Positions 1 to 13,495 are shown, counted from the stretch's first letter. The stretch: DNA of 38,990 nucleotides from Catajapyx aquilonaris (GCA_000934665.2 JYFJ02003684.1:1-38990), one strand, 5' to 3'. Made by a program: numbers and translations. The notes: generated from the letters alone by a model not told the origin.

Positions 1-525
1 AGTTTCTCAGTACACAGTTTGCCCAGTTAAAATTTCAAGAAAATCTGAGATGGTGGGTGACATGGCTGGATGTACTGACATGGAATGACCCTGTGAGCAT
101 CCTTGACTAGTAGTCAACTTAAGCTCTCTAACTAATTACAACTATTACTATTACAGATGGCCCAGAATGACACAAAAATGGGGAGGAAAAAGCATCAATA
201 CCACAATGACTGAATTGTACAGATGTCCCATTGCCAGTTGCATTGTTAATATTACGAACACTGTTGCCTATTGCAACTAATGCCGAATGAGCCTGCATTT
301 CCTATCACAATATGAGATCAAATATTCAGCACCCCTTGCGCCAACTAGCAGCATTTCCACCCTGAACATTTCTTACCATTTTCTACACCCCATATGCATC
401 TATTTCATACTATCCTACTCCCCACCAACTTGCACCTTTAATATTCCTACTTATCTAATGAAAGAACCATCATGAAACTGGCCCTGGACTAAGTGTACCA
501 CTACCGACCACTACCGTACCCTTTG

Positions 526-602
526 ATCTTAGAGAAAGCCAAGCGATAACAGTGTACGATACCCGTTAATCTTAGATAAAGACAAGCGATAACAGTGCAC
601 GA
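526..602. repeat. Tandem duplication, 43-bp period (ATCTTAGA.AAAG.CAAGCGATAACAGTG.ACGA x2)
   Basis: Copies at 526-559 and 569-602 differ at only a few positions. Confidence 0.8.
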
Positions 603-2256
603 CTGTAACCCTGATTTTTAAAGGCATGTGCAGCTTCCCTTTGATCAACATGCATCTCTCTCATTACGCTTACAGCCTAAATTTTTAGTAACAAGCGATG
701 TACCAAATCATGTGCATACACTCAATTGTTCTGTACCGGTACTTGAACTGCAGCTCCCATGCTTCTTACCCACCAGACAGACCTACACAACATAACAAGT
801 GGACACTACCAGGTGGAAGAGAGACGACTACCAATTCAATGAATGACACAATGTTCTAACTCCTCACCATACAAACCCCCTTCCTCCCACAGCTGCTCCT
901 GACCATCCCACCAGTCCTCCCCGTGTTACCCCAATCGCCCCGGGGCCGCCCCTAGGCCGCCCCAGTACGTGAGACCCCTCCAAATCCACCCAGAAGCCAC
1001 CCAACCGACCTTCCCTTCGCTCCAAAGTGAGGCGAGCGGAACACACAAGATGGCCGGCCTGTATCGATATATTGGCAAAGATATTCACGATACATCGGCC
1101 TAGTATCGATACATCGGATGTGACGACACCATGTGACGTCAGAGTGCGTAGGGTGGGAAATAGGTTAGCCAGCATCCTGCTAGTGTTGGGGAGTGGCATG
1201 TCCAGTGTTTCCAACCCTGGCAGCCTTTTTCTCCCTCTCCCTCTTATTCGGCAGGATGGAACGGAATGGGGAGGAAGTCGCTCTGGGTTCGGCCCCGGGG
1301 TCGGCCCCTGGTGTTGGCCCAGGGGCGGTCTGATTGGTTTCATTGCAATGTTCAGGTTGTCTTTGTGTAGGTACAAGTACAGGTTAAGACTTTTGATCGA
1401 GAGTTTGTCTTGCTGTGATGTACACCATGGTCACTCGCCACTTGTTGGTAATGAGGAATTGAACTTCATTTGTGGTTCATGTCAATGATTGAAATTACAT
1501 GTGACTCGTGCACATTTCATGCGCACTTTGCATCTCGATTGCGGTCATGCAGAAAATTTGCTGCATCGCATGTGGATTCAGGCATTGAGAGTACGGCATG
1601 GAGTTGGTACAGGTTACATGAAGTACTGCGGTAACTGTTGTGTTGAACTAGGAAAGTTGTGTGAGGCACCGGAACAGTTTCGCTTTATGCGCATTTGTAA
1701 CTTATCCAGTACACATGATTGCCACTATTTTAGTTGCATCTAGTCTTGTCTTACGCTGCCGATATATGGCTGCAATCAGTGCATACTATGAGACAAGCTC
1801 GCTCGCCATTGGCCAAACCCTGGCGAAGACGGTGTGTACATCAATTAATTACATCAGGCGATCAGGGGCACCATCCTGACAATGATGCAAATGCATGGGT
1901 AGTTGATGGCAGGATGGACCATCATAATCATGGTTGGATGTGTCTGATTTGTGCGTTATTGCCATACAGTTTATGCAAGAGCTGAATCCGCACTGGTGTT
2001 CGTTATCTTTCAATTGTGTGCTAGGTGAAGCACAACTGTCGCTCTGATTTCACTTGGTCTGTGTCACTTGGTTTATTGGTTGGTAAATTTCTATGGCAAG
2101 TTTTGCTTTCATGTTGGTCAGTGGGATTGTTGTGAGTCTCCTCTTCCCAAATTCATGGAGATGAGCAGCTCTTTCGGCAGGTCACGTTTCCCTTTCAATT
2201 TTGTCGCCCTTCCATTTGTTGCGGTCACCTTGAGATTGACCACTTAGTAATATTAA

Positions 2257-2499
2257 GGGGTCGGTGCAATACTGCCCTAACTCACCAAATATCACAAATT
2301 GAGTTAAGCGTACTTCCATATACTACACTCATGTATCTAATAAAATACATTGAAATTGTGCAGTTTCTGCCATCAGTCACTGAGAAATCAAATGAAATAA
2401 GTCACATGGTATATGGGATGTATATAGCCTCTCAAACTTTCAACTGCAGGTTTCTCAAAATCCGGTTTGGGAGGGTTAGGGCAGTATTGCACCGACTCC
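2257..2499. mobile_element. MITE (243 bp) with ~30-bp terminal inverted repeats at a TTAA-type site (Kolobok-like ends)
   Basis: Left end GGGGTCGGTGCAATACTGCCCTAAC; reverse complement of the right end GGAGTCGGTGCAATACTGCCCTAAC. Flanks are TTAA (2253-2256) and TTAT (2500-2503). Confidence 0.75.
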
Positions 2500-3550
2500 T
2501 TATTGCAAAGTCAACTTTCCTTGTACAGAAGGCTTGTAACTTGTACTTGTCTCCAAGACTTGGTGCTTTGGAACTAGGCGTTCTTTGATGTATTTGGCTA
2601 AGACTGCACTGCTTTGTAACTAGTCTTTCTCGGGTCATTTGTGCTTTGCTGCCATGCATTACTGTACATGTGAAATTTGTTTACAATGTCTCGAGCTGAA
2701 ATGATAATCTGTCATTGTTTTGGGCTTTAAAGCATGGTGGTAATTTTACTGAAGGAGTAATTTCACTATGTTCTTACAAAAGAAAGGTTACATGACCTTG
2801 CCATAAAATATGCATTGTACATGTACATGATTTTTAGTGATTTTGACAATACTGTGCTAATGTGTTCCAGTACAATCATTCAAACCTTGGGTGTTTGTCT
2901 TAACTGGCAGTGAAACATCATCAGATTTGGTCTACTCATTCAGTCATTCTTGGGCATTTTGTTTTGTTGTTACTGTTGAATTGGTATTCCTATTGCTGAT
3001 ATAAGAGAATGGTATATTACCAGTCCCTACAAATGCAAAATATTCACTTCTGCCCTACTTCAGTGAAATATATTTTAGAGGAGATGGGATGAGAGGACGA
3101 AAAGGGTGGGGTACCTGACAAATGGTTTGTACCCTGTGCATTTAAAATTCTAAATGAGCTCATAAGGTAACTTTCTGAATTGGACTGTGTTTTGAGCAAA
3201 GGATAATTTGTGAAATGCATATCTGAAACATTAATTGATGTTTCCTTAGGTTATGCTAAGAGGAAGGAAAGCAGGATTTGCTCAGTAATTTACAAGCGCT
3301 ATGATGAGTTATTCTGGTATGGTTATTCTGCTCATAACGAAACAACATGCTGTGCCATTATTATATGTATCATTCTAACCCATAATCCCATGTAATACTA
3401 CATAATGTTGTGGGTTTATATGACTATTGTGATTAAAGTGCTCACAAGTCACAGATTGGTTCTCTGGCCTTCCTCCTGGTTCAAAGTTAAACTGGTCCAA
3501 ACCAAACCTTCCCCCTGCATTCTCTCCGATGGGTCCGGTTGCCCCATGAA

Positions 3551-3710
3551 TATGAAGTATGATCGAAAAGTTCCCGGATTTTGTTCATAAAAACATTAAT
3601 ATTTACTCTTTTAAGTCCTAATTTCCGCTGCCCCTTCAAAGTAGTCACCTTGGGCACTTATACAACGATCCTAGCGAATTTCCCATTTTTGGAAGCACCC
3701 CAAAAAATTG
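3551..3710 (-). mobile_element. Mariner transposon 3' end (transposase C-terminus plus TIR remnant)
   Basis: Minus strand translates FLGCFQKWEIR*DRCISAQGDYFEG, matching the mariner C-terminal CFQxWxxRWxxCIxxQGDYFEG pattern. TIR-like TATGAAGTATGATCGAAAAGTTCCCGG at 3551. Confidence 0.8.
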
Positions 3711-4859
3711 GCTCGCACAGTGTTACCCTAATATGGTCTATTTCCCGGCAACTTGTGAGCGACAATGTGAACATTTTCTCATGTGCAGTTAGCTGGGGCC
3801 AGTTTTACATGTGTTAATTTATTTTGTTGGTTTTAATTACTTCATGTTGTGGTCTTCGATGCTCTTACGAACTGCTGATATGCGAGCATAGAGAGGAAAG
3901 GTCTGCAGCCTGCTGAGGTTGGGAGCAAAGTAACCTGATGTGTATCAGTAGTCAATAATTGTAACCATCACTTAAAAATAGGAAGCAATGAGAAAAAATA
4001 GCAACAAATGGTAGCGAAAGTAACCAAGTGGCAGCCCTTTCTGAAGTGGAAGTCTACGGAAGGGACAATAACAGGCCTGCCATAGTTTCATCTGCGGCGT
4101 GTTTCTCTAAAATATACATCCCAATATGAATCAATGTCTCTTACAAGCCATATGGTGCAAGTTCTGGCACAACCGCCACTAATGGTTGTGTACAGGTGGA
4201 TTTTATTTGAAGTTCAACTGCATATGTGTGCTAGCTACAACTTATGTCTGTAAAGGTATAATATCATTGAAATGTAAACCTACTCTGCAGGTGCTTGAAA
4301 TTTTCTTATTGTCACCGCTGCTTGATTTACTGAATATAATGGGAAATAGGCATGTGGTTGGCTTAATTTGTTTTCAAGTCATGCCTGTTGCCATTCATAT
4401 TGATGTACTTGTACTTGTTGGCCCTGAATAGGAACAGTGTTTGTGAATGAAGTTAAGAGGGGGCAAAGCCAGGCCAGTAATCCGGTAATTTTGATCGAAG
4501 TAAGGAAGTCTAAATAGCAAAGCCCTGGTGTGGTAAGTGCGCAGGTCACAATAATGAGATTAGCGAAATTTGATGGATGGAGCATGCTTACTCGTAGCTT
4601 CTAAAAGATCAGAGAAATTTTGAACCACTATAGGGATGGAAAGTTATAAAGTATCCCAGTCATTTACTTCAGTCGTTGACAGCATATTATGGCCATGAAC
4701 TCTATATTGTTGGCTTCCCTTTATCTCTGAGCGGAAAGCAATTTTTATTAATGTCTCTTCAGGTAAATTCAGATATCTAATATGAATTTACTGTGGAGGC
4801 GGAAGAATCTGTGAAAGACACCCCTGCCTCCAAGTCCATGTCAGTGATCACTATGTAGG

Positions 4860-5025
4860 ATCTCCTGCTGTGCTTTTCGTATGTGTCTTTTCCAGAGTCT
4901 GGTAATATCCATGGTGAGGAAAACATGCAAAGAGAGTAGTAAGGATTTTAATCACTCTGAGGTCAACCTGCGTTCACTTATTATTTCAAATGGATTCCAA
5001 CTAGTTGAGCGTATGCTCTTCCTCT
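4860..5025 (-). pseudogene. Fragment of unidentified repeated coding family (copy E1; coding-like sequence may extend to ~4100)
   Basis: Homologous to 5790-5930 and ~26530-26640 (TCTTTTCCAGA.TCTGGT.AT.TCCA.GGTGA ... TTATTTCA....TTCCAACT). Confidence 0.6.
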
Positions 5026-5199
5026 GCTGCCTTTTCTTGTGCTATGAACATGTGATTCATGTACGGTTACCAAGATGGCCATTGAAGCACATTGAAATTA
5101 TTGGCCCGAGACGCCATTCTTGTACTGGTATTGATGCTTAAGTCCTGGTTATTTATCTTGCAGTCTACTTAGGACAGTTACAACAATGATTGGCCAAGT

Positions 5200-6040
5200 A
5201 AGAAAATAATCTTGGCCTAGATTGTCTGATCAGCACATTTGCTCCCTTAACTTCCATAGCTTATAACTGATTTTGTATAAAGGTACCATATTCATTGGTA
5301 TTAGTTATCCTGCATCTTATTGCAAATCAATTATCTCAATGGGCTGGATCCAAATTAATTCTCCTGAGTACATTGGTATGTTGCTGGAGAGGCATTAAAA
5401 GAGATAAATCTATGATCTGGTAGCATATGACTCTTGATGCATACCTTGTAGCGTGGCATCATAGATCACATATTGTCTGTATTTTTTGCCGGATTTGCCG
5501 GATAAAAATGAAGTAAGAATTGTCGTGGGCATTTGGAACGAAATCTTGGTCTGCTGCGGCCAGGTGCAGTGTCAATAACGTATCCCATCCTGGCAATTGA
5601 TATGGGTGCATAGCCTCATTGCATTTTGAGGCATTTTAACTGGTAATTTTCAACCGAGCGCCTTTATATAGTATCGATGATAGAGAACTAAGAAGCTTAA
5701 TGTTTTTGCACTCTTCCATACCGTACCTTTGGATATAAAATGCCAATAGAGGAAGATGAACTGTTCCTTATACTGAGTACGACTGGGTTTGCTTTGCGTT
5801 TCGTTTGTCTCTTTTCCAGAATCTGGTCATGTCCACGGTGATGAAACCACAACATGCAAAGACAGTAAGGACTGACCTGTGTTCTCTCATTATTTCATGT
5901 AGCTTCCAACTAATGGGGCATATTATGCTATCCTTATACATGATGGCCTTCACATGTGGATTAACACATCATGGCGTGGGGCAAAAGTATGTTTGTGGAG
6001 ACAAGATACCAAATATTCCGGCATCTCATGTATCCAATGC
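5200..6040 (-). pseudogene. Fragment of unidentified repeated coding family (copy E2)
   Basis: 5240-5500 aligns with 24240-24510 and 5525-6030 aligns with 26250-26735. Minus-strand peptides include ISWKLHEIMREH, KSAKTLSFLVLYHRYYIK and KISYKLWK. Confidence 0.7.
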
Positions 6041-7535
6041 GACGCCACCTATTACCAGTATTATTAATATTACCATCTTGCGACCTTGTCTGCACAGTCT
6101 ATCTTTATTACTAAATTTTTAGGCCTAATGTTACATGATTTAAAATATCGATATTTGGTCCAGTTAACACATCTTACGAGCCTACTCCCGCATGTGGTTG
6201 TTGTGTTTTTGTAACTAGTCTTCAAGTCACCTAAGGTTGCCCCTGGCTGTAAATGGCCTCCAGCATCCGGCGCCGGTAGGCCACTCGCTTTGGTAGGGAC
6301 ATCTGGTCTGGGCTGTTGTGAGTGACCTCTGCAACCTCTGCGGGAGGTGCTATCCCACGTTGCCCAGGTTGGCCATCGACGATGCCTTACGTACAGACGT
6401 ACAGTACTTTGTCCGTGATTGGATGTCCCATCCTGCTTGGCTGAGACTGTGTAAAAGGGCAAGAGAAAAGTCAATGCTTTCTGACCTTATTGCCTACTGT
6501 TGTAGAATCAATCGGGTTTTTATTCTGCCTGCAAGTGATTTCGGTCCTAGCTGAGATGAGCAGCTAACAGGGCAGCAGTGAGACTGAGACGGAGACGACT
6601 GATTAAATGTTATCATTGTAATATTTTGGTTCATAAACCGGGAGTGAGAGGCTGCAGAGCCGCATTGGCTGGCCAGTCCTTAACCCCCTTTTAAAGTAGG
6701 ATCCTCTGAAAAACCAGTTGAAAGTAATGCAGTACATAATGGGATAGCATGTAATGATATGGATAGCTAATTCTCCTCCCTCTAGGACAGTTTTTGGGTA
6801 CCAATTTCAGTGTATGAGCAGATAGATCACATGACTGGTTCGAACTGTTTATGCAACTGCCCAAGCATGTCTCCTCCGCTTTAGTGAGTCAGTTTGTGAA
6901 TAAGAAAAACATGCAGAACAGATGTCAAGTAAGAAATGTACAGACAGTTGGAAATGAAAAACACTATGCATATGGGGGAAATTAATTATTTGAAGCAAAA
7001 CTCAATCAACAATTCCTCAACGCATACGGACATAAAAGCAAATCACACAAATATATAAAGCTTACACGCAAGCTCAAGCACATTCAAACTATTCTAATAC
7101 AGGCGGTATGTGATTGAAAGTTGCACATGTGTCATGACTTTGGCACGGAAGTATGCTCCTCAAGTTGATATGCCCTACTACAATTCATTAGTCTCTAGCG
7201 ATGATGTTCCAGCAGATGACACTGATAGTGAATGACAATTATGTAGTTTTTCCAAATAGCGTTAGTGAAACATGTGATATTTGGCTTTACTTTCATGCCT
7301 TGGTGCAAGAACAAGGTAAGTCCAAGGTAAACAATTGCCAATATTCTAAAATCAATTAACAATATCTTGTGCTTCACATTTTTATGTGAAGTGGACAGGT
7401 CCAGGGATGGGCAAAAGGGCTGCATGTTCCTAGTGATTTTATGGAGCGTTATTTGTTCCTCCTGTACTTCACTTTATGGACTCCTTCTTGCACCGAGGTC
7501 TTCAATTACGAACCCCCCCCCCCCGGGAAATGTAT

Positions 7536-8180
7536 TTAGCTACCACAGGATGCCGCAGCATCACGCAGAGACACCGTAAGGTCCCTAGTGACAGGCACAG
7601 AGGGTAGATGGCGAGCATAACACATGTACCAAATGATGGACGCAACGTGTGCACAGCAGCCAACAGTCCGTGCACCTGACTTGCACGTGCAGTACCACCC
7701 CGAGATTTCCCCGGGCTGGTAGCTGACCCAAGTGCTATAGGTGGTAGCAGACCTATGTCGAGAGTGCACTTGTACTCGGATGAGATCAGGCGCTGCCTGA
7801 TGACAGAGCAGCTCATAATCTCAATCTTCGTTCAAGTGCTCACTCACATAGCTCCTAGCTTTCCGCACTTGGTAGACTCCCAATGTGAGTCCTCTGACCT
7901 CCTCCTCCGTTAGGCGGGGGAAGTCAGGAACAGCAGCTGGGTCACTAACGACTCAACTCCGCCCGCAGCTGCTCAACGCCCCTGTCGACACACGCCCTTG
8001 GAGAGGGTTCATGTTCCGCACTTGCTCTAACATCTTCCGAGCAAGAGCTTCATGCTCATCTCCTTACCAGATGAGATGAATTCCGGACGGAAGGCATTAC
8101 ACAAGGCGCAAACAATCCTTACCAACCTTCCAATTTGGTCCACCATGGCAATGGGTACTGTATCACGCAGAAGATCGACA
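7536..8180 (-). mobile_element. Degenerate ISL2EU/IS4EU-type (PIF-Harbinger-related) transposase C-terminal half with SWIM zinc finger
   Basis: Minus-strand translation with one frameshift and two stops: VRIVCALCNAFRP...[31 protein letters not shown]...IRVQVHSRH...WYCTCKSGARTVGCCAHVASIIWY (SWIM CxC...CxH). Confidence 0.8.
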
Positions 8181-8449
8181 TTAAATGAATGCATGCCTAC
8201 CGTCTCCGGAGCCCTCCGTGTGCTAGTTTATGGATCGTCTGCTACTCGAGCCAGAATGTCCTTCAGGGATGCCTCCTCCTTACACTTACATAAATATTCA
8301 TATAATGGTAGTGAATACGTATCCGTAATTCTCATAGTGGCACCGAAGGTATTTCTGGGTTTATAAGTAACTAATGGTAATCTGTGTTCGTCAATTACAG
8401 TTCGTACCGATTCACCTCTTACTAGCATATACTACTGGTCACACAATCA

Positions 8450-8570
8450 TCTCTTTTGACCGTGGGTCAATGGGTTCCTAAGTATTAATCGAGGAATTGC
8501 AAGGGTCACCAGCTGTGATTTGTATGGGATGACATCTCTCTCCGTGACTTGTAAAGCTGAGGTCGTGGGA
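8450..8570 (-). pseudogene. Fragment of unidentified repeated coding family (copy G)
   Basis: TGACCGTGGGTCA.TGGGTTCC...TAATCGAG...CTCC.TGA.TTGTAAAGC is shared with 12785-12900. Peptides ALQVTERDVIPYKSQL vs ALQIMENDDFVYKSRL. Confidence 0.6.
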
Positions 8571-9067
8571 TGACATGGTTAGACAGCCCCTATGGGAAGC
8601 TGCAGAAGGTCACATTGCACTGATGTGATTACTGAATCCATAATTTGGGAAGCATCAGTAGTAGCATCAGATGCAGAAGCGACAAATATAACTAATTATT
8701 ATTGTGACATTCGCATTTTTATGCTACATGTCGATGAAAATACACAACTCACAGTTGGTAATTAAAAGCTTCTAGTTTTGCTTTAAGATGTTATAAGCTG
8801 CTCCATTTTTCTCCAGTCGTCAACATAGATGGTCATTTGATGAAGCCATTTCATTTTGCACATAGTCAATGACACGGCACGCTTCAGCTATTGCCTTGCG
8901 ATGTCTCTAGAAGTCTATTATACGAGCGTTGTTTGTTAGTGTTTTCCTGCCCTGGCAATATACTTAATAGATATTTCTCTTCTACTGGGTGTTTTCAGAC
9001 AGAATGATAATTAATTAATTAATTATCTCATTTTTTAAAAATAATAAAAAAACACATTTTGTTCAGT

Positions 9068-9115
9068 TGGCGTTGGGGTTGGGGTGGCATTGCCTGCCCT
9101 CCCCTACAACGTCAC
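9068..9115 (+). repeat. Short dispersed repeat resembling a hAT-MITE terminus; inverted homologue at 33010-33060
   Basis: CGTTGGGGTTGGGGTGGCATTGCCTGCCCTCCCCTACAACG vs reverse complement of 33017-33057, CGTTGGGGTTAGGGTGGCATCGCCCACCCTGCCCTACAACG. Confidence 0.55.
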
Positions 9116-10269
9116 AGGTGCTTAAACCATTAATCAATCAATCAGAACTACAGGGAAAAAGTAAGGAGTCGTGTATCTATTTTCATTCACACTCTACATT
9201 GGCTGCAGGAGTTTCTCGATACTTCTGTATGGCCTGCACCAAGTCCGACATGGCGCGACTGTTCTCCGTCGATAGGCGCTGTCGAGATAATTTCTCAATA
9301 CTCGCATGGTTAAGCGACTAGGTAGAGGTCGCCAGTTGTCCTGCGATGTATTGAAATAAACTAGGAGTTTGTAAAAGAAATTACATGTCAAGTCAATTTA
9401 ATAATTAGGTGTAGTGCCATACCTCTACAGAGGTTTGGAAATGGACCTTTATTTTTGCCAAGATGGTATAACTTACATTAGTTTTGGACAACTAAGAAAG
9501 GCCCTTGGTCCAAGGGCAGGGTGACTGGGAGGGGATGCAATGTCATTTGCTGTGGACGTTTTGTGAGCTCCCTCGGGTGGTTCGTCTATCAGAAATCCCA
9601 TCCTAGACGTAGCCGGAGATGCCACAAAACTCCGCAAGAGATGAAAGGGGGGAATATCCGGGCTTGGTATCGAACCGTAGACCCTTCCATCCTTGGGCGC
9701 GTGCGTTATCGCAGCGCCACTTCGCCTTCCCGATTGTCAGGTCAATTATTGGCATAATGGCATTCGGAGAATTAATATTCAAGATATGACATACAGTTTG
9801 TTTTTGCTGTTGAGCGCCATTCTCCGGGCATAGTTGTGACCAGTGATTTATCCTAATAATGTTTGTTTGGAACATGCGGCACCTTCGGTGTCTTTGAGAC
9901 GATGGGGTATTTCCGAGTTTTCGTGTATGGCGTTGTCTTATTTCGATGGCTGGGAGGTGGAGAGTCGAATAGCTCGCGAAATCTCTTTTTTTAGGGATGC
10001 TTTTCTTAGTCGTGATTTTTTTTTCACGAACAGCTGCAAAGGCGCACCTTTGGTGAATTTGTGTCCTGTCATTGTGTGGTTTCAATGACATTTAATCTGT
10101 CAATTCTGTGAAATGAGGAGGTCATATGCAAAACCATACATCCAAAAAGCAATCAGTTCAGGAAACTGGGGCTGAAAAACCATTAATGTGAGTCAGTGAT
10201 TTCCGTGTCACATGTTACCTTTCATTTCTTTAAATTCTTTTTTATCAGTGTCCAATTGCGTATAGGTTG

Positions 10270-12910
10270 TTACATGGAAGGAAAGTAAGTTAGCATGGGA
10301 TGAATAAACAGTGCGGAAGGAATGTGTCTCTTGCTCTCGAGGTAGTGCAGATTGAACCTTTTCCTTCAGGAACAAACATGCCCTCCTGATGAAAGTAATA
10401 TCAATTGGGATGTTTTCAGGGTCTGGATGCGCCCTTCTTCCCAGTGTCTTTCATTGCTAGATGTACACCTACATAGAGCCACCGTTTTCTTCCAGACCAT
10501 CTCATATTGGGACACATGTGCCAGTGCACCAAACATGATTTTGGTCGGATGCTTGAAGCTGCTTCAGTTGGTACTGTCAAGGGCTGTGTTTATAATCATA
10601 TGCCTCTTCGGGGAAAGCTTCTTCCTACATACGTTGATTAACAATTAGTACTGTGTAAGCGAAAATAAATCGTCCTGCAAATAACAGCGTTGGTGGTGAA
10701 AGATGTTGCAAAAAGTAATCTTGCCATCTGGAAGTCCTGCAATCTCATACATGTTGCTTCCTCTACTAGTTGCTGCAAAAATAGGACAGTCAGATAATTT
10801 GGTTCTTTGAGATGAGTGTGACCCTATTTGAAGTTCAATCTATTCCCTTAAAGTATTGTTCAGACATTGACTCATTTTTCAAGTACAGAGTAGTTATGAG
10901 GAATGCAAAAGGGTGGTACTGTTCCTTGAAATGTTCCGCTACCAACAATTCGAGCCAATTGCAAGAATTGCCCAATGAAGTAGAATTGGACCCGTTGGGT
11001 AGCAATGCAATTGTTGGACGTCGTCTTTCCTGGCCTTTTTGTTGCCATGTTGCTTCAGAACTCTCCGAACATGCGTCTCATCGCTTTGGCACTGTAGGTA
11101 GTTGTTGGAAAAGATTGTTCTCTTGTTCTCAGTGAGTGACCATGACGACCATAATAATAGTTCGATAGTTGAATAAAGGCTTGCCCACCGGAGCCTGTGG
11201 AGACGAGAGATGAGACAAGGACAGACTTGTGAGGGAGGTCCATTGCTGGACATCCTTGGGTCTAAAACATACTCTTAAGATCATCAGGGCAAAATAAGCG
11301 AAATATTAATTTAGACATAAGAGGTCGTAATAAATACGGGCCTATCCATCTGAACTAAACCAGCGGATTTATCTGCCAGCTGAACTATCATATTAGCTTT
11401 TAACCACTTCATGGCTTCTTGATCCATATCACTTTTCCTATGTAGGGTTGGGTCTACGAGTAGTTAGATAAGATAAGAATGTGTCCAAAAGTATACGACT
11501 GATCATATAGCTTCCGGAAAGAAAGTAGGAAATTTACCTGTAGGTCTAGCCTGCTCTAACCAGGTAGTGCATGCATGCTGCTTTATGCCTTGTCCTAGCA
11601 GGGCATGAGTAGGGAATGTTACAGCCATTTTTATATTCTTTACCATAATAATAATTGTGACGGTAGATTTAAAATGCGTTCTGATATTGATCGTCACAGA
11701 TGATGTTATTCGTATTTTGGATTCCAATCATGGGGTATTTCTTCAGCAGACACACCTGAAAATGGCAGAAGGAATTGTATTCACATCTGGACAATTTTCG
11801 AGACCAGTTGAGTCCACGTGTCCTGTACGTACTACTGGGGATATAACTTATGGAAAAAGCAATAAGGTGGAAGACTTTCTCGAGCTGATCATGGCCAGTG
11901 TTGGGAGAAGGAGGCTGTAAGAACACGTGAAAAATTCTGGAGTTGGTGTAACATTTCAAGCATGTCCTTAGAACTACGTTATTTGGGAATTCTCCATTAC
12001 AAACAGTTTTTTAAACACTATTGTGACCTGAGAGTTTTGGTGCTCTCCCGTCTTGTAATGTTGTTACCTACCCCGTTCGACTGTAGTATCACTGATTTTC
12101 TTTTGTAGTTAGGAACGGGGTTGCATTCTGAGTTTGGTATCACTATGTCTGGTATCTATAGAGATTGTACAAACCGAACGTCTTACCCATCATGCCTTCT
12201 GGCATGATGGCGTCATTCCGTGCAAACCAAATACCTCGCCCATCATGCTCTGTTCACCCCATGCTTTTAAATACCTTGCTACCACTGCTGTTGAGGCCTT
12301 TCGTCAGTGATCCAAGCTGGCGACTGGTCGTCCACTTATCGTTCCTCTCCACATTCTTACCTTTCATACTGTTCCCTTTGTACGTGATGTGTCCGAATGC
12401 GAATAAACCTAGTCACAGTGAGATCCCGTATTTCATGTTTATTGACCCTTGCGGGTCACACTATTATGAATGGTTGCATTCCGCCCTGGTCTGCTGTTCA
12501 TTTCTGATCTGATTGTGAGCCGCAAAGCCAAGTTTTTTATGTTCTTTAAAATGGAAGAAAGAGGGATTTGTATGAGAGTAGGTCGCTTTCCAACCATCAT
12601 CGTGCGAGTTTTGCGAGTAACTAAGTGTAGCTCAAGTGTAGTTTTGTGGAAGAAAAAGGCTTTCAGACCAGTCCCTTTCCTGGGTAAGGGAAATATAATT
12701 TGTCTCTCTGTAGAGCTCTTTTATCGCCATTGCAACATTCGGATTAAAAACAGGAAAATACTCTTGAACTGGCCAGACTTCACTTGTGACCGTGGGTCAG
12801 TGGGTTCCAGGGTAGTAATCGAGCAGTTCTGGGAAGAGAAAGGAATCCGCCAATCGTGACTTGTAAACGAAGTCATCATTCTCCATGATTTGTAAAGCAA
12901 AGTGAGATCG
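10270..12910 (-). pseudogene. Longest copy (A) of unidentified repeated coding family, interrupted by a solo LTR
   Basis: Sub-segments align with 30690-31400, 21570-21700, 26745-27280, 24745-25005 and 8450-8570. Reconstructed peptides: ESLPPYCFFHKLYPQ*YVQDTWTQLVSKIVQ, CDDQYQNAF, QAPVGKPLFNYRT, CPIFAATSRGSNMYEIAGLPDGKITFCNIFTTNAVICRTIYFRLH. Confidence 0.8.
12022..12460 (+). mobile_element. Solo LTR (439 bp, gypsy-type 4-bp TSD)
   Basis: Termini TGTGACC...GGTCACA, CTAT direct repeat at 12018-12021 and 12461-12464, AATAAA at 12402. Paralogous copies near 24955 and 27158 lack the insertion. Confidence 0.9.
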
Positions 12911-13195
12911 CGGCCCATTGAGCTAAGTGAAACATGACCGAAATATTAGCTCAGTGGTTAGGTCGAGTTGTTGAAAGGAAGATGTGCCCTCCATCACATT
13001 TACCTTATTGCGACTTTATATACGAAACTGCTGTGGTCGCAGTGTCTCTTCCAAAATTCGGCTGTATACTTTCTTACAGTTGTCAATGTATGTTAATTGT
13101 ACAGGGGTCCTCAAATAACCTGTGCACACGAACTGTATTGCAGATAATAACACCGCGTGGATTTTGAGCTATACGTGTTGTGCATAATGTTTATC

Positions 13196-13495
13196 TGTCC
13201 AACGCCAGCCTATCGTCGTCCTGGTTGGCTGAAAGGACCCCTGCTCCGCTGCCTCCACTAGGGCTTCGTCCTCCTCTGTGGTACCGACAAGAGGGGACCA
13301 CAGGGAATGTCCCGCGTTTTCACTGCCCCTTCACTGCCTCCTATTCATATCGCTTGGCCCATCTTTGAATGGACCGAACCGATAGAGATATCTCTAGTTG
13401 CTGTGATATCTCTCCAGGGCTCAATTCCTGTTCATGGCATCGGGTCTGGTACGTAATACCGAAAGACATAATACAGACAGAATAAATTTCCGACA
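13196..13495 (+). mobile_element. Possible solo LTR
   Basis: TGTC...GACA termini with AATAAA at 13481 near the 3' end; no TSD found. Confidence 0.3.

Noticed and set aside
130..475. Plus-strand frame with several N-x-S/T sequons (possible env or glycoprotein relic)
   Set aside because: Contains stops, is truncated by the window edge and has no diagnostic motif.
864..1488. Overlapping 170-aa (-) and 153-aa (+) ORFs
   Set aside because: GC-rich, Pro/Gly/Arg-biased, no recognisable domain and non-ATG starts; likely chance ORFs in a repeat.
9603..10091. 162-aa minus-strand ORF
   Set aside because: No recognisable domain and no paralogue available to test codon conservation.
11660..11880. ESLPPYCFFH...CDDQY as Polinton protein-primed DNA polymerase (LPPxxxFYS...DYxHA)
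   Set aside because: Spacing is inconsistent, and the downstream PolB motifs (GIRGG, YxDxNxLY) were not found.
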